This document shows positions 1 to 13,216 of a stretch of 64,000 nt of DNA, piece by piece. The notes beneath the pieces are model-generated. The model was given only the letters and a program-made list of their open reading frames with translations, made no database searches and was not told the origin of the DNA. The DNA is taken from the NCBI GenBank assembly GCA_002269645.1, contig NIVC01003503.1, forward strand, positions 30,612 through 94,611, given 5' to 3'. Position 1 is the stretch's first letter; each line of letters begins with the position of its first letter. The DNA is from Macrostomum lignano. Taxonomy: Eukaryota. Made by a program: the position numbers and the translations under genes.

Positions 1-456
1 TTATGCTGGTATTTAAATGATTTTGAACTTTTAGATTGATTCCAGCTGGCATCTGATTTTAAATTTGGCATTCCGAGTCTGGACCAGGATGCTAAAGGCA
101 TTGCGATTCCCAGCAAAAAACCCAGCTTTGCTCAGTCAGGCGCTCATGGATATTAGCCAAGTGTGCCTGTACACTCGACCTTCTGCTGACAGCGAAAGAA
201 TCCACGTTCTGTTTAATCCTACTACGTGACGTGAGAAACAAACCCGGCGAAGATTTTCTTTAATCCGCACCGGGTGCTCTGCAATGATGACGTTGTCTAT
301 CTGGCTCCTAGCGCAGTATACTCGTAGACTGTTGTGTTCATGAGCTGATAAATTGCATTATTTATTACACAACACAGATAAGAAAGTAATTTTATCCCCT
401 GCACTCATTCCAGATCACCAACTCCACACTGCAACATCCAGACAGTCCACTAATAC

Positions 457-830
457 TCCCCACACTCTAACATCACCAACACCCATACAGCCCTGTAAGT
501 CTCCCCACACTCCAACATCACCAACACCCATACAGCCCTGTAAGTCTCCCCACACTCCAACATCACCAACACCCATACAGCCCTGTAAGTCTCCCCACAC
601 TCCAACATCACCAACACCCATACAGCCCTGTAAGTCTCCCCACACTCCAACATCACCAACACCCATACAGCCCTGTAAGTCTCCCCACACTCCAACATCA
701 CCAACACCCATACAGCCCTGTAAGTCTCCCCACACTCCAACATCACCAACACCCATACAGCCCTGTAAGTCTCCCCACACTCCAACATCACCAACACCCA
801 TACAGCCCTGTAAATCTCCCCACACTAACA
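457..830. repeat. 45-bp minisatellite, about 8 copies
   Basis: Unit CCCCACACTCCAACATCACCAACACCCATACAGCCCTGTAAGTCT; produces the periodic 15-aa ORFs on both strands. Confidence 0.95.
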
Positions 831-1322
831 TCAACAGGATCCATACAGTCCACTAATATTCCCCACACTCCAACAAAAGCATGTTTTTCTATCTGGCTTC
901 TAATCTAAAAGCAAGAATGCAGATTGTAAAAAATAATTTTACGAGAACTGCATGCAGCTGAATGCAAAGCTGAAGAAATTGCCGAGAGAAAAAGCAGGCA
1001 AACGGAGAAGCAGGAGCAGAAAAGCCACAAGCTACCCATTGTGCCACTGAGCAAACTTCAGCCCTGTTTATATTTGCTGCCTGCTAACAAAGGGAGATTG
1101 GCCGAGTGTGTATAACCCGTGTGCTCAGCCAGCCAGGAGTACTGCAGAACTGAACTAGTGCAGCCGAAACGAAAGACACTCGCGCGATGAAAAATTATTC
1201 TATATAACTGTGCAAATGCTCAAAAGTGAAAGCTCTAATCTGAATTTAATTGCTGCTGTTTCTGAGATAACTGCTAGCACCGATCTTTGCAATAAGTTTC
1301 TACAGTGCCATCAGTTATAGAA

Positions 1323-4300
1323 ATGGTGTTCATCACTGTCAAACACGGAGGTAAGAACCTGATCTATGGATATGTAGCGTAAGATTTACAAAAAAAATTA
1401 AATGGCTTAATAGCTTCTGGAACTTCTTGGGGAGATTTGGTGAACCTGGTGCATGTACGCACCTGCGCTTGACAACATCAGTCGCAGGTGAAAGTGGTAT
1501 GTCCATCAGCTATCTGACACAAAAAACATTGTTTAGTTACACGTAGTTCAATAAATGCTCTATTAAAACTGCAGCTAACGTGGAGACCCTGTTCAACCAG
1601 GACTGCAAGTGCGCAGCACTGCTACGGGCAATTCGTGACAAGTGCTGCAATTTTGGCTCAAGTGGTGAGCATTTTGAAAAAGACAATTTACTTTATTGTA
1701 TACGGGAAGACAAACCCGTTTCTATAGTAAAAATATCTTTTTGTGTGTAAAACTTAGGTAGCTTAATGGTTGGTTTTGTCACACAATGGTTGGTTTTGTC
1801 ACACAATGGTTGATTTTGTTATAACAATGGTTGGTTTTGTCACACAATGATTGATTTTGTCACACAATGGTTGATTTTGTCACACAATGGTTGATTTTGT
1901 TACAAAATGGTTTATTGCACCGCTCAATGGTTGATTTTGTCACACAATGGTTGATTTTGTCACACAATGGTTGATTTTGTCACACAATGATTGATTTTGT
2001 CACACAATGGTTGATTTTGTCATACAATGGTTGATTTTGTCACACAATGATTGATTTTGTCACACAATGGTTGATTTTGTCACACAATGGTTGATTTTGT
2101 TACAAAATGGTTTATTGCACCGCTCAATGGTTGATTTTGTCACATAGTGGTTGGTTTTGTCACACAATGGTTGATTTTGTCACACAATGGTTGATTTTGT
2201 TACAAAATGGTTTATTGCACCGCTCAATGGTTGATTTTGTCACACAATGGTTGATTTTGTTACAAAATGGTTTATTGCACCGCTCAATGGTTGATTTTGT
2301 CATACAATGGTTGATTTTGTCACACAATGGTTGATTTTGTCACACAATGATTGATTTTGTCACATAGTGGTTGGTTTTGTCACACAGTGGTTGATTTTAT
2401 CACACAATGGTTGATTTTGTCACACAATGGTTGGTTTTGTCACACAATGGTTGCTTTTGTCACACAGTGCGGTAATTTTGTTCCTTTATGGTTGCTTTCG
2501 TCACAAAATGATTGATTTCATCAACCATTGGTTCACATAGGAGCATAGCAGCTGGGCACGACCTAATACACATAGACTATTACTGTCAATCTTTTTTACA
2601 GAAATAATAGATTTGTCCGACAAAGACGGAAACGTGAAGGATCTGAGAAAATATCCCAACATGACCGCAAAGGAGGTACTGGCTGACAGAGAGGACTGCG
2701 TCCTGATCAGAGTTGGAGGTAATCTTGCCTATGTTTTGAAGTCTTCAAAGTCAGGTTAAGTACTATATAACTATGGGAATTTGTACTTTTGGGGAGCTTT
2801 AAGGGACACATGGGTCAGTTCTAAGGGACACTGAGGTCAGGAGTTCCAGGGGACACTGAGGTCGGGAGTTCCAGGGGACACTGAGGTCGGGAGTTCCAGG
2901 GGACACTGAGGTCAGGAGTTCCAGGGGACACTGAGGTCAGGAGTTCCAGGGGACACTGAGGTCAGGAGTTCCAGGGGACACTGAGGTCAGGAGTTCCAGG
3001 GGACACTGAGGTCAGGAGTTCCAGGGGACACTGAGGTCAGGAGTTCCAGGGGACACTGAGGTCAGGAGTTCCAGGGGACACAGACTTTCAGCGCAATGTG
3101 TTTAGCAAAGACAAGGCCTCTTAGCGCTTCTAATATTCAACAAAGTATGCTTATAGTAAAGCTTTGGCTTTCAATTTGCAGAGAACAATAAAGGAAGACT
3201 GGTTTACACTCCGTTACTAGACAATGAGGAGATTGTCACGAAAGCTTATCTGGGTAAGACGTTATATTTGTAAAAAAATAATTATGTATCAGCTTACAAG
3301 TTGCTGCATCTCTCAGGGGCGTCGCCACCGAGGGGGGGGGACATGTTCCCCCGGTAAAAGTTATGGGAGTACATGTCAATATTTTGCCCGCCAACACCCC
3401 ACCTTTGTTGACATATTATGGATATCAATACTTTCGCTTTAGGGCAACGAAGCATAGCGCTTGCGACGCTAAAATGAGTGTCTCCGGCGCTAAAATGAGT
3501 GCCTGTGGCGCTAAAATGAGTGCCTCCGGCGCTAAAATGAGTGCCTGTGGCGCTAAAATGAGTGCCTCCGGCGCTAAAATGAGTGCCTGCGGTGCTAAAA
3601 TGAGTTCCTGTAGCGCTAAAATGAGTGCCTGCGGTGCTAAAATGAGTGCCTGTCGCGCTAAAATGAGTGCCTGCGGTGCTAAAATGAGTTCCTGTAGCGC
3701 TAAAATGAGTGCCTGCGGTGCTAAAATGAGTGCCTGTCGCGCTAAAATGAGTGCGTCGCGCTAAAATGAGTGCGTCGCGCTAAAATGAGTGCCTGTGGGG
3801 CTAAAATGAGTGCCTGCGGTACTAAAATGAGTGCCTGCGGTGCTAAAATGAGTGCCTGCGGTGCTAAAATGAGTGCCTCCGGCGCTAAAATGAGTGCCTC
3901 CGGTGCTAAAATGAGTGCCTGTGGCGCTAAAATGAGTGCTTGTGGCGCTAAAATGAGTGCCTCCGGCGCTAAAATGAGTGCCTCCGGCGCTAAAATGAGT
4001 GCCTCCGGCGCTAAAATGAGTGCCTGCGACGCTAAATATGAGTGCCTCCGAAAATGCTTTTTTCGGAATGGAATTCGTCTAAAAATTGGAAAAGCAAGCA
4101 GTGTCAATATGTTTAAGGGTCAACTATGGTTACATTAAATTTGCAGCATTGTTTTCACGATATTTGAGCTAATCTTCACATAGACTACTGCCAAGTTTTT
4201 TAGCGTTTAAATGAATCCAGTCCATAGATTTTATATTCCCTATTGCGGCAATAGGGAAATAGCGATCACAGATAATGTGTAGACGCTATTTTTTGAGAAT

Positions 4301-4908
4301 TTTATAGAACACGTACTTCTCATGAATCGAATAAAAAGCCACTTCATCAAATTAAGAATAAATTCATGCACTGAAGAGACTACTGACGAAATTGAGTTAA
4401 GTAGTATAATTTTTCGCGCTGTTGAGTGACGCAACTTTTTTTACATTATAGCATGGTCACAAATGGTAGAGTGGCCCATCTTGTGTATATACGTTCTTTG
4501 GTTTAAACACGCTTTTAGCGTTACCACAAATATGCTCAAATTTCATTAGTCTCAAGCTCATTTCTTAGAAAAGCGAGTATTCACTATTCAGCGTCCTTAA
4601 TTTCTACTTCAGGTGTTCATGGTATCGTATAACAAAGCAAATATTTGATTTAAACTTACAAAATGACTATAAAATTCCTCGTACTTTTATTAGAGAAACT
4701 AGCCAAAGGATCGAAGCGAGACTCAAGCAAGCAGAAGTCAACTGCAGGAAGAGGGTTGAACAGTGGCGGCGGTAGCGGTGGCGGAGGTGCCGGGAGCACC
4801 GCTGGTGGTGGATCCTCAAGCACCGCAGGGGGCTCTTCGGTTTCGGGTGGCAAGAAGTTGACTGGCACCTCGCAGCAGTCGCATCACTCTGCTACAAAAC
4901 GTCGATGA
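1323..4908 (+). CDS. CXorf65: CXorf65/C22orf15-family protein, 5 coding exons, 173 aa
   Basis: Exons 1323-1350, 1575-1664, 2602-2718, 3182-3253, 4694-4908; all introns GT-AG and phase 1; total 522 nt. Translation MVFITVKHGANVETLFNQDCKCAALLRAIRDKCC...IIDLSDKDGNVKDLRKY...AKEVLADREDCVLIRVGENNKGRLVYTPLLDNEE... matches the MFIxVKHG / LxNxxC / IDLxxxxG / YxPLL pattern I recall for CXorf65 and C22orf15; Gly/Ser-rich basic tail. Confidence 0.85.
1765..2530. repeat. 20-bp minisatellite in intron 2
   Basis: Unit CAATGGTTGATTTTGTCACA, with recurrent variant units containing TTTATTGCACCGCT. Confidence 0.95.
2825..3081. repeat. 25-bp minisatellite in intron 3, about 10 copies
   Basis: Unit GGGGACACTGAGGTCAGGAGTTCCA. 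Confidence 0.95.
3468..4050. repeat. 21-bp minisatellite in intron 4
   Basis: Unit GCTAAAATGAGTGCCTGCGGC; explains the AKMSACG/ALILAPQ ORFs. Confidence 0.95.
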
Positions 4909-5710
4909 CTTTAATAATTATGAGCTCTTTTTTATATGCACCAAACACTTGTCATATGTTAACAACATTGAGAATGTTTTTTTTAGATAGAGCTAGCATG
5001 CGTACATCAGAAACCAAAATCTCCCATGAAGTGGCGGAAGAAAGATTAATTAAATTGTTCGAAAAGTATATCAGTCGATCCCCTGCGGTACTACGAGTCG
5101 TCTTTGTAGTTACTATAAAGCAGTGGTACATCTTACTGCAGCTTATAAAGAGTAAAACTTGAACATGATGGGCGTTGTGACTATTTTCGAAAAAACGATT
5201 TTGGACATCAGAGGAAATGAAAATTGACTATTCAAGGACTGCTGCAGTTTCTATATAATTTAAAATTCCGATTAAACGTCACAAATATGACATGTTCATG
5301 TACACTGAAACCTCAACGCTGCAGGGACAGATCCTCGATCGCTATAGTCTCCCGAGCATTCCGGCATCACCCAACACCCAATTAATAAGGAGATCTAGCA
5401 CTTGTGGGCAGATGCATCCATATGTTTCGCTTTTTCGCGGGGACAGGGGATTTGGTCGAAATTAATTATATACAATGTATGGTAAAATTACAAAATATGA
5501 ATTTTTATGCTGTGGCATGCAGCTCAATAGAAATGATAAAATTTGCTTTTTCACCATTATAAAGAACAATTTCAATAATTTTTAATTGGGGCTATATTGT
5601 ACGATTTGCAGTCAGAAAAGAGCTACATGTACGATGTACAACATATATCGGGATGCCACAGGGCTCACACCTGCCATATTGCCGCATGCTCTTTGCAGCA
5701 TTGGTTGAAA

Positions 5711-6374
5711 TGTAGCAGGTGCGAATCCAGAAAATTATACTCTTATATTTCTCAGTCCTGGCGTTCCCGGGATCAGAGGGTCACAGCTTTATATTTTCCC
5801 TGCCCTGAGGCAACTTTCCCTCGCTATGAAGCGGTTCTTCTGCCCTGAGGCGAATTCACTATTTTCTAACGTTTTCCTGCCCTAGGCAATTTCTCGCTTT
5901 TAGCGGATCTTAATACTACTGCCGATTTGGGGCTTCCACTCTAAGGGCCTTTTCATATTGCTTGCTCTGGTTCCAGAACCAGAACCAATTTGTGAAGTAT
6001 AACTTTTTGTCTCCATAACTAGAGGGAGATACGTGCTATAAAGTTTTTATTATTGAATGACAATCGCCAAGAAGAAAGTGAAAAATTGTGCTAAGTTAGG
6101 TTGTTAAGGCAGTCAAATATTAACAGAGTTTAATAGTTATACTGCTGTTTTTCTTGGAATTCCGAACCGATTCTGGTTCTGGAATTGGTAATATGAAAAG
6201 GCCCTAAGAAATGAATAAGTCAATTTCTTAAGCGATTAAGGTTTAGTAAGAGCTTATTAAAGTTTGCTCAGAGTTACTCGACGAGTCGAAGACGGTTGCT
6301 CTCTTGGCCTGCTCGGAGCTTCTATTTATATTGGCCATCAGGCTCGTTTAAAACAAAAGGTTAATATTCTTACA
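5711..6374 (-). mobile_element. Probable solo LTR relic (Gypsy-type) interrupted by a MITE
   Basis: Begins TGTAG, ends TTCTTACA like the LTR ending at 11296; shares the GATCAGAGGGTCACAGC motif with it; minus-strand TATA (CTTCTATTTATA at ~6320). No TSD found. Confidence 0.45.
5945..6204. mobile_element. PIF/Harbinger-type (Tourist-like) MITE, 260 bp
   Basis: 15-bp TIR GGGCCTTTTCATATT; TAA TSD at 5942-5944 and 6205-6207. Confidence 0.85.
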
Positions 6375-8122
6375 ATTAACAACATTGAAACAAAAAAATA
6401 CTAGTAATTTCTTTTTGTGTGAATTTGAATGTGCGTTTTTCTAAGAATGAAACATTCGTGCATAAAAATAGAGTAATTTTCAGCACAAAAATGGAACTAT
6501 GTATTATTTCTAGGCACTATATATCAATTCTATTATTCTGTTCTAATGACCCGCTTGTTCTGTGGATCATCTTTCATAATTGCAATGTCAGCCAATGAGA
6601 AAACAGTAATAAGGAAAATCACAGTGGTGATAATAAAAAATGCAAATAGCTCAAGTGTGCAAAAATGATTTCTATTAGCTTTAGGGCTACTGTATTAAAA
6701 GCTATAACTATTAGAAAGATGTCTATAATAAAAATAGATCAATTGCACAAACTTTTAGGATGCTCCTTTGTATATGCAATCATGCAGAACAAACAAACCC
6801 AGATAACAAATAAACATCCCAGAGTCCAGAGATGTTCATATTTTGGTCCCCTGAACGTCCAAGTTCAACGTCTTAGGACGTTCTTATCAAAGGTAATTTT
6901 TAACATTCTTATCCGACGTCATAGGGACATTGAAACCCAAAGTTTCTAAGCGACATTAGGAAGACTTAGAAATCATTTGTACAGTATTTCTTTGTATACA
7001 TGCCTTGCTTCTATATACATTATATTGATCATCACAAGTAGAATAGCAGCATTTCAGCCAGTATAGTACGACCCAGTACGACTTCAAATCCACAGCCCCT
7101 TGTGAAGAAAAAAAGCTTTTGCAAACAACAGTATACAAATTTTAATCCAATCATCATTTATCAGTTATTAGACTAGTTTTATTTATAGCAACACAAATGA
7201 TAGGGGGACTGAGAGGGTAGTGCCTGAGTAAGATGAGAGGCAGTGACTGAGTGAAAGTGATAGCGAGCAGTGACCGAATTCATATGCATATTCACTTGCT
7301 AGTAAAGCTAAAAGTAATATATCATTAAATTATGCTTTTTTTCAATTAAACATGAATATTTTAGCAATACTATATATAATTTGCCTATTAAAATATTTTA
7401 ATATTGTTTTTAATAAATCTAACAAGTAATACCTAGGAAAATGAGGTTTTTGAGGAAAATGAGCAACCTTAAATTCTAAGACTCAATTCATATGAATGTT
7501 AAAATAATGTTAAAAAGAAATTATATAATTCTTTTATTTATAAAAATATTGTCTAGCCAAAAGTTTTTGTTGAATTGTCTTACATTGCAACATATCACAC
7601 TTTTTTGTTTCACACTATACTATGCCAGATTTTACCCTTTTTGCCTATTGTTGCACCAGAATATGGTAGCCTAGCTTATATCCAATCCATTTTGAGCTGG
7701 AATTTTCCATGAAAAAAGCCATCTTCCTGACTTTGAATTATAAAAAAATATATAACATTTAATAGATTTTAAACAACAACAATATTAAAAAAGAATGAAT
7801 AAAAAATATAGTTGAAATATTTTAGGCCTACACTAAAAATTTTAACTCTAGTTCTATCAAATCAAAACTATATTAGAAATCAATAATTAATATAACTTAA
7901 ACCGCAAAATTCATAATATTGACAACTAGTTGGATTTAAATTTAGACTATATTGTCTTATAAAATTTCTATAATTATTCCAGGATTTATCAGATAATTTT
8001 TTTAGCATTTTATGACTTTTACTTTTCACAAGTTGAGTCTTATGGGCATAAATCTATATCTTTATAGTTCTAATAAAAATGTTTTAAACAAAGATTGCAT
8101 TGCAGTTAGCTTAAAAGGTCTA

Positions 8123-9505
8123 GGGCCATTCCATATAATTATGGTTGTAACATGACAGACTATTTTTACTTATAAAATGAAATCTAATAATAGAATATAC
8201 TAAACCAATATTTTGAATGAAATATTATTTTGTCAAAAATATGTTTATAAAGTTTCATATAGATATCATCATTAGTATAGATGCTATTAAACCTTGAATG
8301 GCACTTATGGTCGTAACAACAAGGCTCATTCCATATAAGATGGACATTTTTGGAAAATAGAAAAAAGTCAATATTTTTGCTTGCCATTGCCTTATCAGCC
8401 AATTTTTTTACCAAATGTTTTTTATGTGTAATATCTACAATCTAAGAATAAATGAATGATAAAATGTTAGATTAGTATGCTATCAAGTGGCAAAAAGTCA
8501 TTTTTGTAAAAATTTAGACATTTTTCTAAGCAAAAGACATCATTAAGTTTGTGTACCTTTTAAAAACAAATAGAAAGCTTTGGAAGGTTGAAACAAACTA
8601 TAGATAAAAGTATAGTACTTGCATCATCAGATAAAAGTATTGGTGACCAAATAATCTATTATATTTTTAATATATTGGTACCTTAAAGTTACTGAATTGA
8701 CAGAAAAAAATATGTTACGACCATAATGTTATGACCATTAGGCTGCCTTTTCTTTTGTATCTTTGTTGCCTTTTTGAGTTCATATATTCTACAAAAAGAG
8801 TATGATTACTGAAGATGTTCTTAGTCAAATTTTAAAAAATGTATTGCAAAATATCAAAAATAAAAATGTTATAAGACTTTTACCTTTTAGTTTCTATATG
8901 TCAAAAATCCTGTTGTTACGACCATAAGTGCCATTCAAGGTTTAATAACATCTATACTAATGATGATATCTACATGAAACTCTATAAAAATATTTTTGAC
9001 AAAATTATCTTTCATTTAAAATATTGGTTTAGTATATTCTATTATTATATTTCATTTTATAAGTAAAAATAGCCTGTCATGTTACGACCATGCTTATATG
9101 GAATGAGCCACAAGATTTTTGACATAGAAACAAAAGGTAAAAGTCTTATAACAATTTTCATTTTTGATATTTTGCAATAATTTTTAAAATTTGACTATGA
9201 ATATCTTTAGAAGTCATACTCTTTTATTAGAATATATAAACTCAAAAAGGCAACAAAGATACAAAAGAAAAGGTAGCCTTATGGTCATAACATTATAGTT
9301 GTAACATATTTTTTTCTGTCAATTCAGTAACTTTGAGATACTAATATATTAAAAATATAATAGATTATATGGTTGCTAATGTTTTTATCTGATGATGAAA
9401 GTACTATAGTTTTGTATATAGTTTGTTTTAACCTTCTAAAGCTTTTTATTTTTTTAAAAGGTACATAAACTTAATGATGTCTTTTGATTAGAAAATGTCC
9501 AATTT
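8123..9505. mobile_element. Truncated outer copy of a ~790-bp MITE, split by a nested copy of the same family
   Basis: 8123-8322 and 9114-~9505 are colinear with the copy at 10131-10918; right part is missing. Confidence 0.75.
8323..9109. mobile_element. ~787-bp non-autonomous DNA transposon, nested in opposite orientation
   Basis: 17-bp TIR GGCTCATTCCATATAAG; 4-bp TSD ACAA at 8319-8322 and 9110-9113. Confidence 0.85.
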
Positions 9506-10130
9506 TTTTAATAGGGGTTATTGCTCTCACTGAAATTTTCTCACCGTTTTGCCACCAAGCTGTAACAGGGGTTTTCCTATGTCTCTGTAAACTGATCCTG
9601 ACACCAAACCGTTCTATAAAGCTCTAATTCCTTTACCTAGTCCTTATGCTGTCACCAAAGTTGTACTAAGGCTAACTTCCTACACTTATCTTTAAGTTCT
9701 TTTGTTAAGTTGGTAGCTGCTACTAGGATTATCCTATTAATAAATTATGAGTTTATCAATCTTAGAATAATCCGAGAAATGTTTCTTAGAATTGCTCTGA
9801 GTATATAGTCTGAGTATTTAGTCTGAGTATTATTCTTAGAAAACTGTTAGCCCTTATAAGATTTTACTCCTACGTTATTCTGGTAGCGTTCTGTTATTCT
9901 GGTATCGTTCTATTATTCCGCTAGCATTCTATTTAATAATTTGGCCTGAGCGCCTTGAGCGGTATATTGGCTTATTGGTATATGTATTTCAATGTACTTT
10001 GCAAGTCCTTGGGCGTCACCAAGATCAGAGGGTCACAGCCTCCGGTTATTCTTACATGTATCACTTCAGATCTACTTTGTATTCTCTTACTACTCAATAC
10101 TGTTGCTTCTCAGTAGTATATACTGTATAT

Positions 10131-10918
10131 GGGCAATTCCATATAATTATGGTCGTAACATGACAGGCTATTTTTACTTATAAAATAAAATCTAATAATA
10201 GAATACACTAAACCAATATTTTAAATGAAAGATTTTTTTGTCAAGAATATTTTTATAGAGTTTCATGTAGATATCATCATTAATATAGATGCTATTAAAC
10301 CTTGAATGGCACTTCTGGTCGTAACGACAGGATTTTTGACAGATAGAAACTAAAAGGTAAAAGTCTTATAACATTTTTCATTTTTGATATTTTGCAATAA
10401 ATTTTTTAAAATTCGACTAAGAACATCTTCAGAAATCATACTCTTTTTGTAGAATATATAAACTCAAAAAGGCAACAAAGATACAAAAGAAAAGGCAGCC
10501 TTATGGTCGTAACATTCTGGTCGTAACATATTTTGTTCTGTCAATTCAGTAACTTAGAGGTACCAATATATTAAAAATATAATTGATTATTTGTTCATCA
10601 ATACTTTTATCTGATGATGCAAGTACTATACTTTTATCTATAGTTTGTTTCAACCTTCCAAAGCTTTCTATTTGTTTTTAAAAGGTTCACAAACTAAATG
10701 ATGTCTTTTGCTTAAAAAACTGTCCAAATTTTTACAAAAATTACTTTTTGCCACTTGATAACATACTAATCTAACATTTTATCATTCATTTATTCTTAGA
10801 TTGTAGATGTTACACATAAAAAACATTTGGTAAAAAAATTGGCTAATCAGGCAGTGGCAAGCAAAAATATTGACTTTTTTCTATTTTCCAAATATGTCCA
10901 TCTTATATGGAATGAGCC
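10131..10918. mobile_element. Third copy of the ~788-bp MITE, inserted in the LTR
   Basis: Same TIR (left end GGGCAATTCC is diverged); 4-bp TSD ATAT on both sides. Confidence 0.8.
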
Positions 10919-11695
10919 ATATGCTTCGGTCTACTTCACTCTTGTATCTGCAAATAATTAACTTGGAAAACAACTTCACTCTTATTTAATCCGAACTCTT
11001 ACTAACTGCTTATTATTCGCTTACTATCAAATCGTGGTGCTCGAGGTAGAAGGTTAGTTCTTCTCTCGCCAAAATTGCTTCTATTTATACCATTTTTCAT
11101 TACAATTTTAAACAAAAAATAATTATACAAAATATTATTGGAAAAGCGTACGTTATAACAAAACATGTTTCTTAGTTTTTCGCATAAATTTAAATGCTAT
11201 AGATTCAATGAAATAAAAACGGAAAAAAATGAATAATTGCCTGTCTCAACCTCTCCTGCCTTAAAAGAAATTTTTAAACGAAATACACTTCTTACAGTAG
11301 ATTGAGTGCAAAAATTTCTAACAAAGATGTGAAAAACGAAGTGCAAAAATGAAAAAGTGCAAAAGAAAATACAACAGGATAGGTGCTTTAGTAGTGCAAT
11401 AAGTTTCTAAAAAGGCAGCTAAATTGAAGTATACCACTAGTAATAAATGATGTAAAACAAGCAATAGACAAAATAAAGTTGATATGTAGCAGGCAATATA
11501 TATAAAAAAATTGATATGTACTAAGCATAATAGTAAACAATAGAGGAAACACAAAGGAAACACACTATTATTCACTAGAAAACATTATTAGGCACTAATT
11601 TAGTCAATAAAGTACAACACTTAATGAACTTTGGAGTAATAACTAATAAGAGTAGGCTTTTAAGCAAAATGTCACTTAAAAATAACTGTCAGAGT

Positions 11696-12759
11696 TTAGA
11701 AATTACATGGGTCCGGCAGGTTGCAGAAGTATGGCCAGCCGACCAAGCCGAAAATCCACCGTATCTCGATTGCCAGCAGTCGACTCTGGACTGCCTGCGA
11801 ATCGGCCCGGAAGACGCGTTGAAGCTCTTCGGCTATGTGGCACAGTAGGGCCACGCTCTCGGCTTGGCTGCACATCTCCCGGAGGGCGCGGACAGCAGGC
11901 CAGACCTGCGCACGCTGTGGCAGGGCCTGGTCTAGGCGGAGATGGCCGATTCTTTGTAGTTACTGCAGGATGCCGTGTCGGATTCGTTCAATGTGCTCGC
12001 TGGCTTCGATTAACCGTTGGGCAGTCTCTGAAACATTTCAACATGCACCGGCCGCTGTGGTCGAGGTGCGGCGGCGACGGCTGGACGAGGCTGAGGCGCA
12101 GCAGCGGCGTCGGCGGCTGGACGGGGCTGAGGCGCAGCAGCGGCGTCGGCGGCTGGACGATACTGAGCAGCAGCGGAGTTCTCGGCAGCACGCGGAGGCC
12201 CGGCTCGACGTCGTGGTGGCGGCGCTTCGGCCGGCAGTCGAAGTTGATCTGGTGCTGCGGCACTGGCGCCTGTCGGCCTTCGGTTCTCCGGAGCGACGTA
12301 GTCCTGAACCGGAGCTGCAGCGGCGGCTTGCAGCAAAGCCGACCGTTTCGGCGGTGTTGGGCCTTCGACCTGGAGACGTTGACTGCTTGAAGGCGACAGT
12401 GGCCTTGGTCGCTTGTTAGTCTCGCCTAGGGATCGAGGTCGTGTCGGACAGCGCATCGGAGCCTCGGCTGCTGCGGCGGCCGATGTCGACGCTCGCGATG
12501 ACGATGGTCTGGCCGTCTCTGAAGTCGGGTGAGCTGGCGGCTGCGCTGGCGACTGAGCTGGCGGCTGCGCTGGCGACTGAGCTGGCGGCTGCGCTGGCGA
12601 CTGAGCTGGCGGCTGCGCTGGCGACTGAGCTGGCGGCTGCGCTGGCGACTGAGCTGGCGGCTGCGCTGGCTGAGCTGGCTCTGCCTCTTGCGATAATTCG
12701 CTATCAGACAGGGGTCCGCCTAATAATTCTGCTAAGATGTCGTCCACGTGATTGCTCAT
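11696..12759 (-). pseudogene. Gypsy accessory ORF3 (Pro/Ala-rich N-terminus plus helical C-terminal domain), with a frameshift and a stop
   Basis: ORF 12010-12759 (PAQSPAQP repeats) shifts frame near 12035 into ...IERIRHGILQ*LQRIGH...RLLAIEIRWIFGLVGWPYFCNLPDPCNF* (my translation; stop at 11696-11698). Confidence 0.6.
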
Positions 12760-13216
12760 GGCTTATAATAAAGATCCTTACGCTATGCTAATAATGAGCT
12801 AATTGCTTGTGAAATATGATGCTCTGGGAGCTCTATGGGGATTCGTATTTATATCCGGCCAGCCGAAAAACTGGACCGCATCGTTGTGTTCGCGCTTTCA
12901 CTTTCGAAGGGTTTAGTGGGGTCACGTGTTCGTCAACCATAGTGGTTCTCTAGCGTTCGCTTCGCGGGCTCTCATTGGTTCAGAGCGGCGCACCGTTGCT
13001 AAGCGTTGCTAGGATTTTTACTGGCTTCGGATTTCTTCACACAATTCTCTCACGTCTACTACTAGTAATGCGCAATGTTTTTGTGTTTTTAAAATTTTTA
13101 AAATTTTTATATTTTTTTCAATTTTATTATTCAGAGCAGATTTGTATATACAGAGCATTTTTTGATTTTAAGCAAATTCTATTTACAATTTAATACTTAG
13201 CATGATGCAAATTGGA

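Noticed and set aside
35-230. ~64 open codons after a TTTTAG acceptor
   Set aside because: No recognisable homology and no upstream context in the window
353-856. Periodic ORFs of 115-167 aa on both strands
   Set aside because: Translation of a 45-bp minisatellite; no unique coding content
1765-4050. Regular short repeats resembling CRISPR arrays or repeat proteins
   Set aside because: Head-to-tail units with no unique spacers; intronic minisatellites in a eukaryotic gene
9385-9410. CTGATGATGAAA hammerhead-like core
   Set aside because: No stem II between CTGATGA and GAAA; part of the MITE
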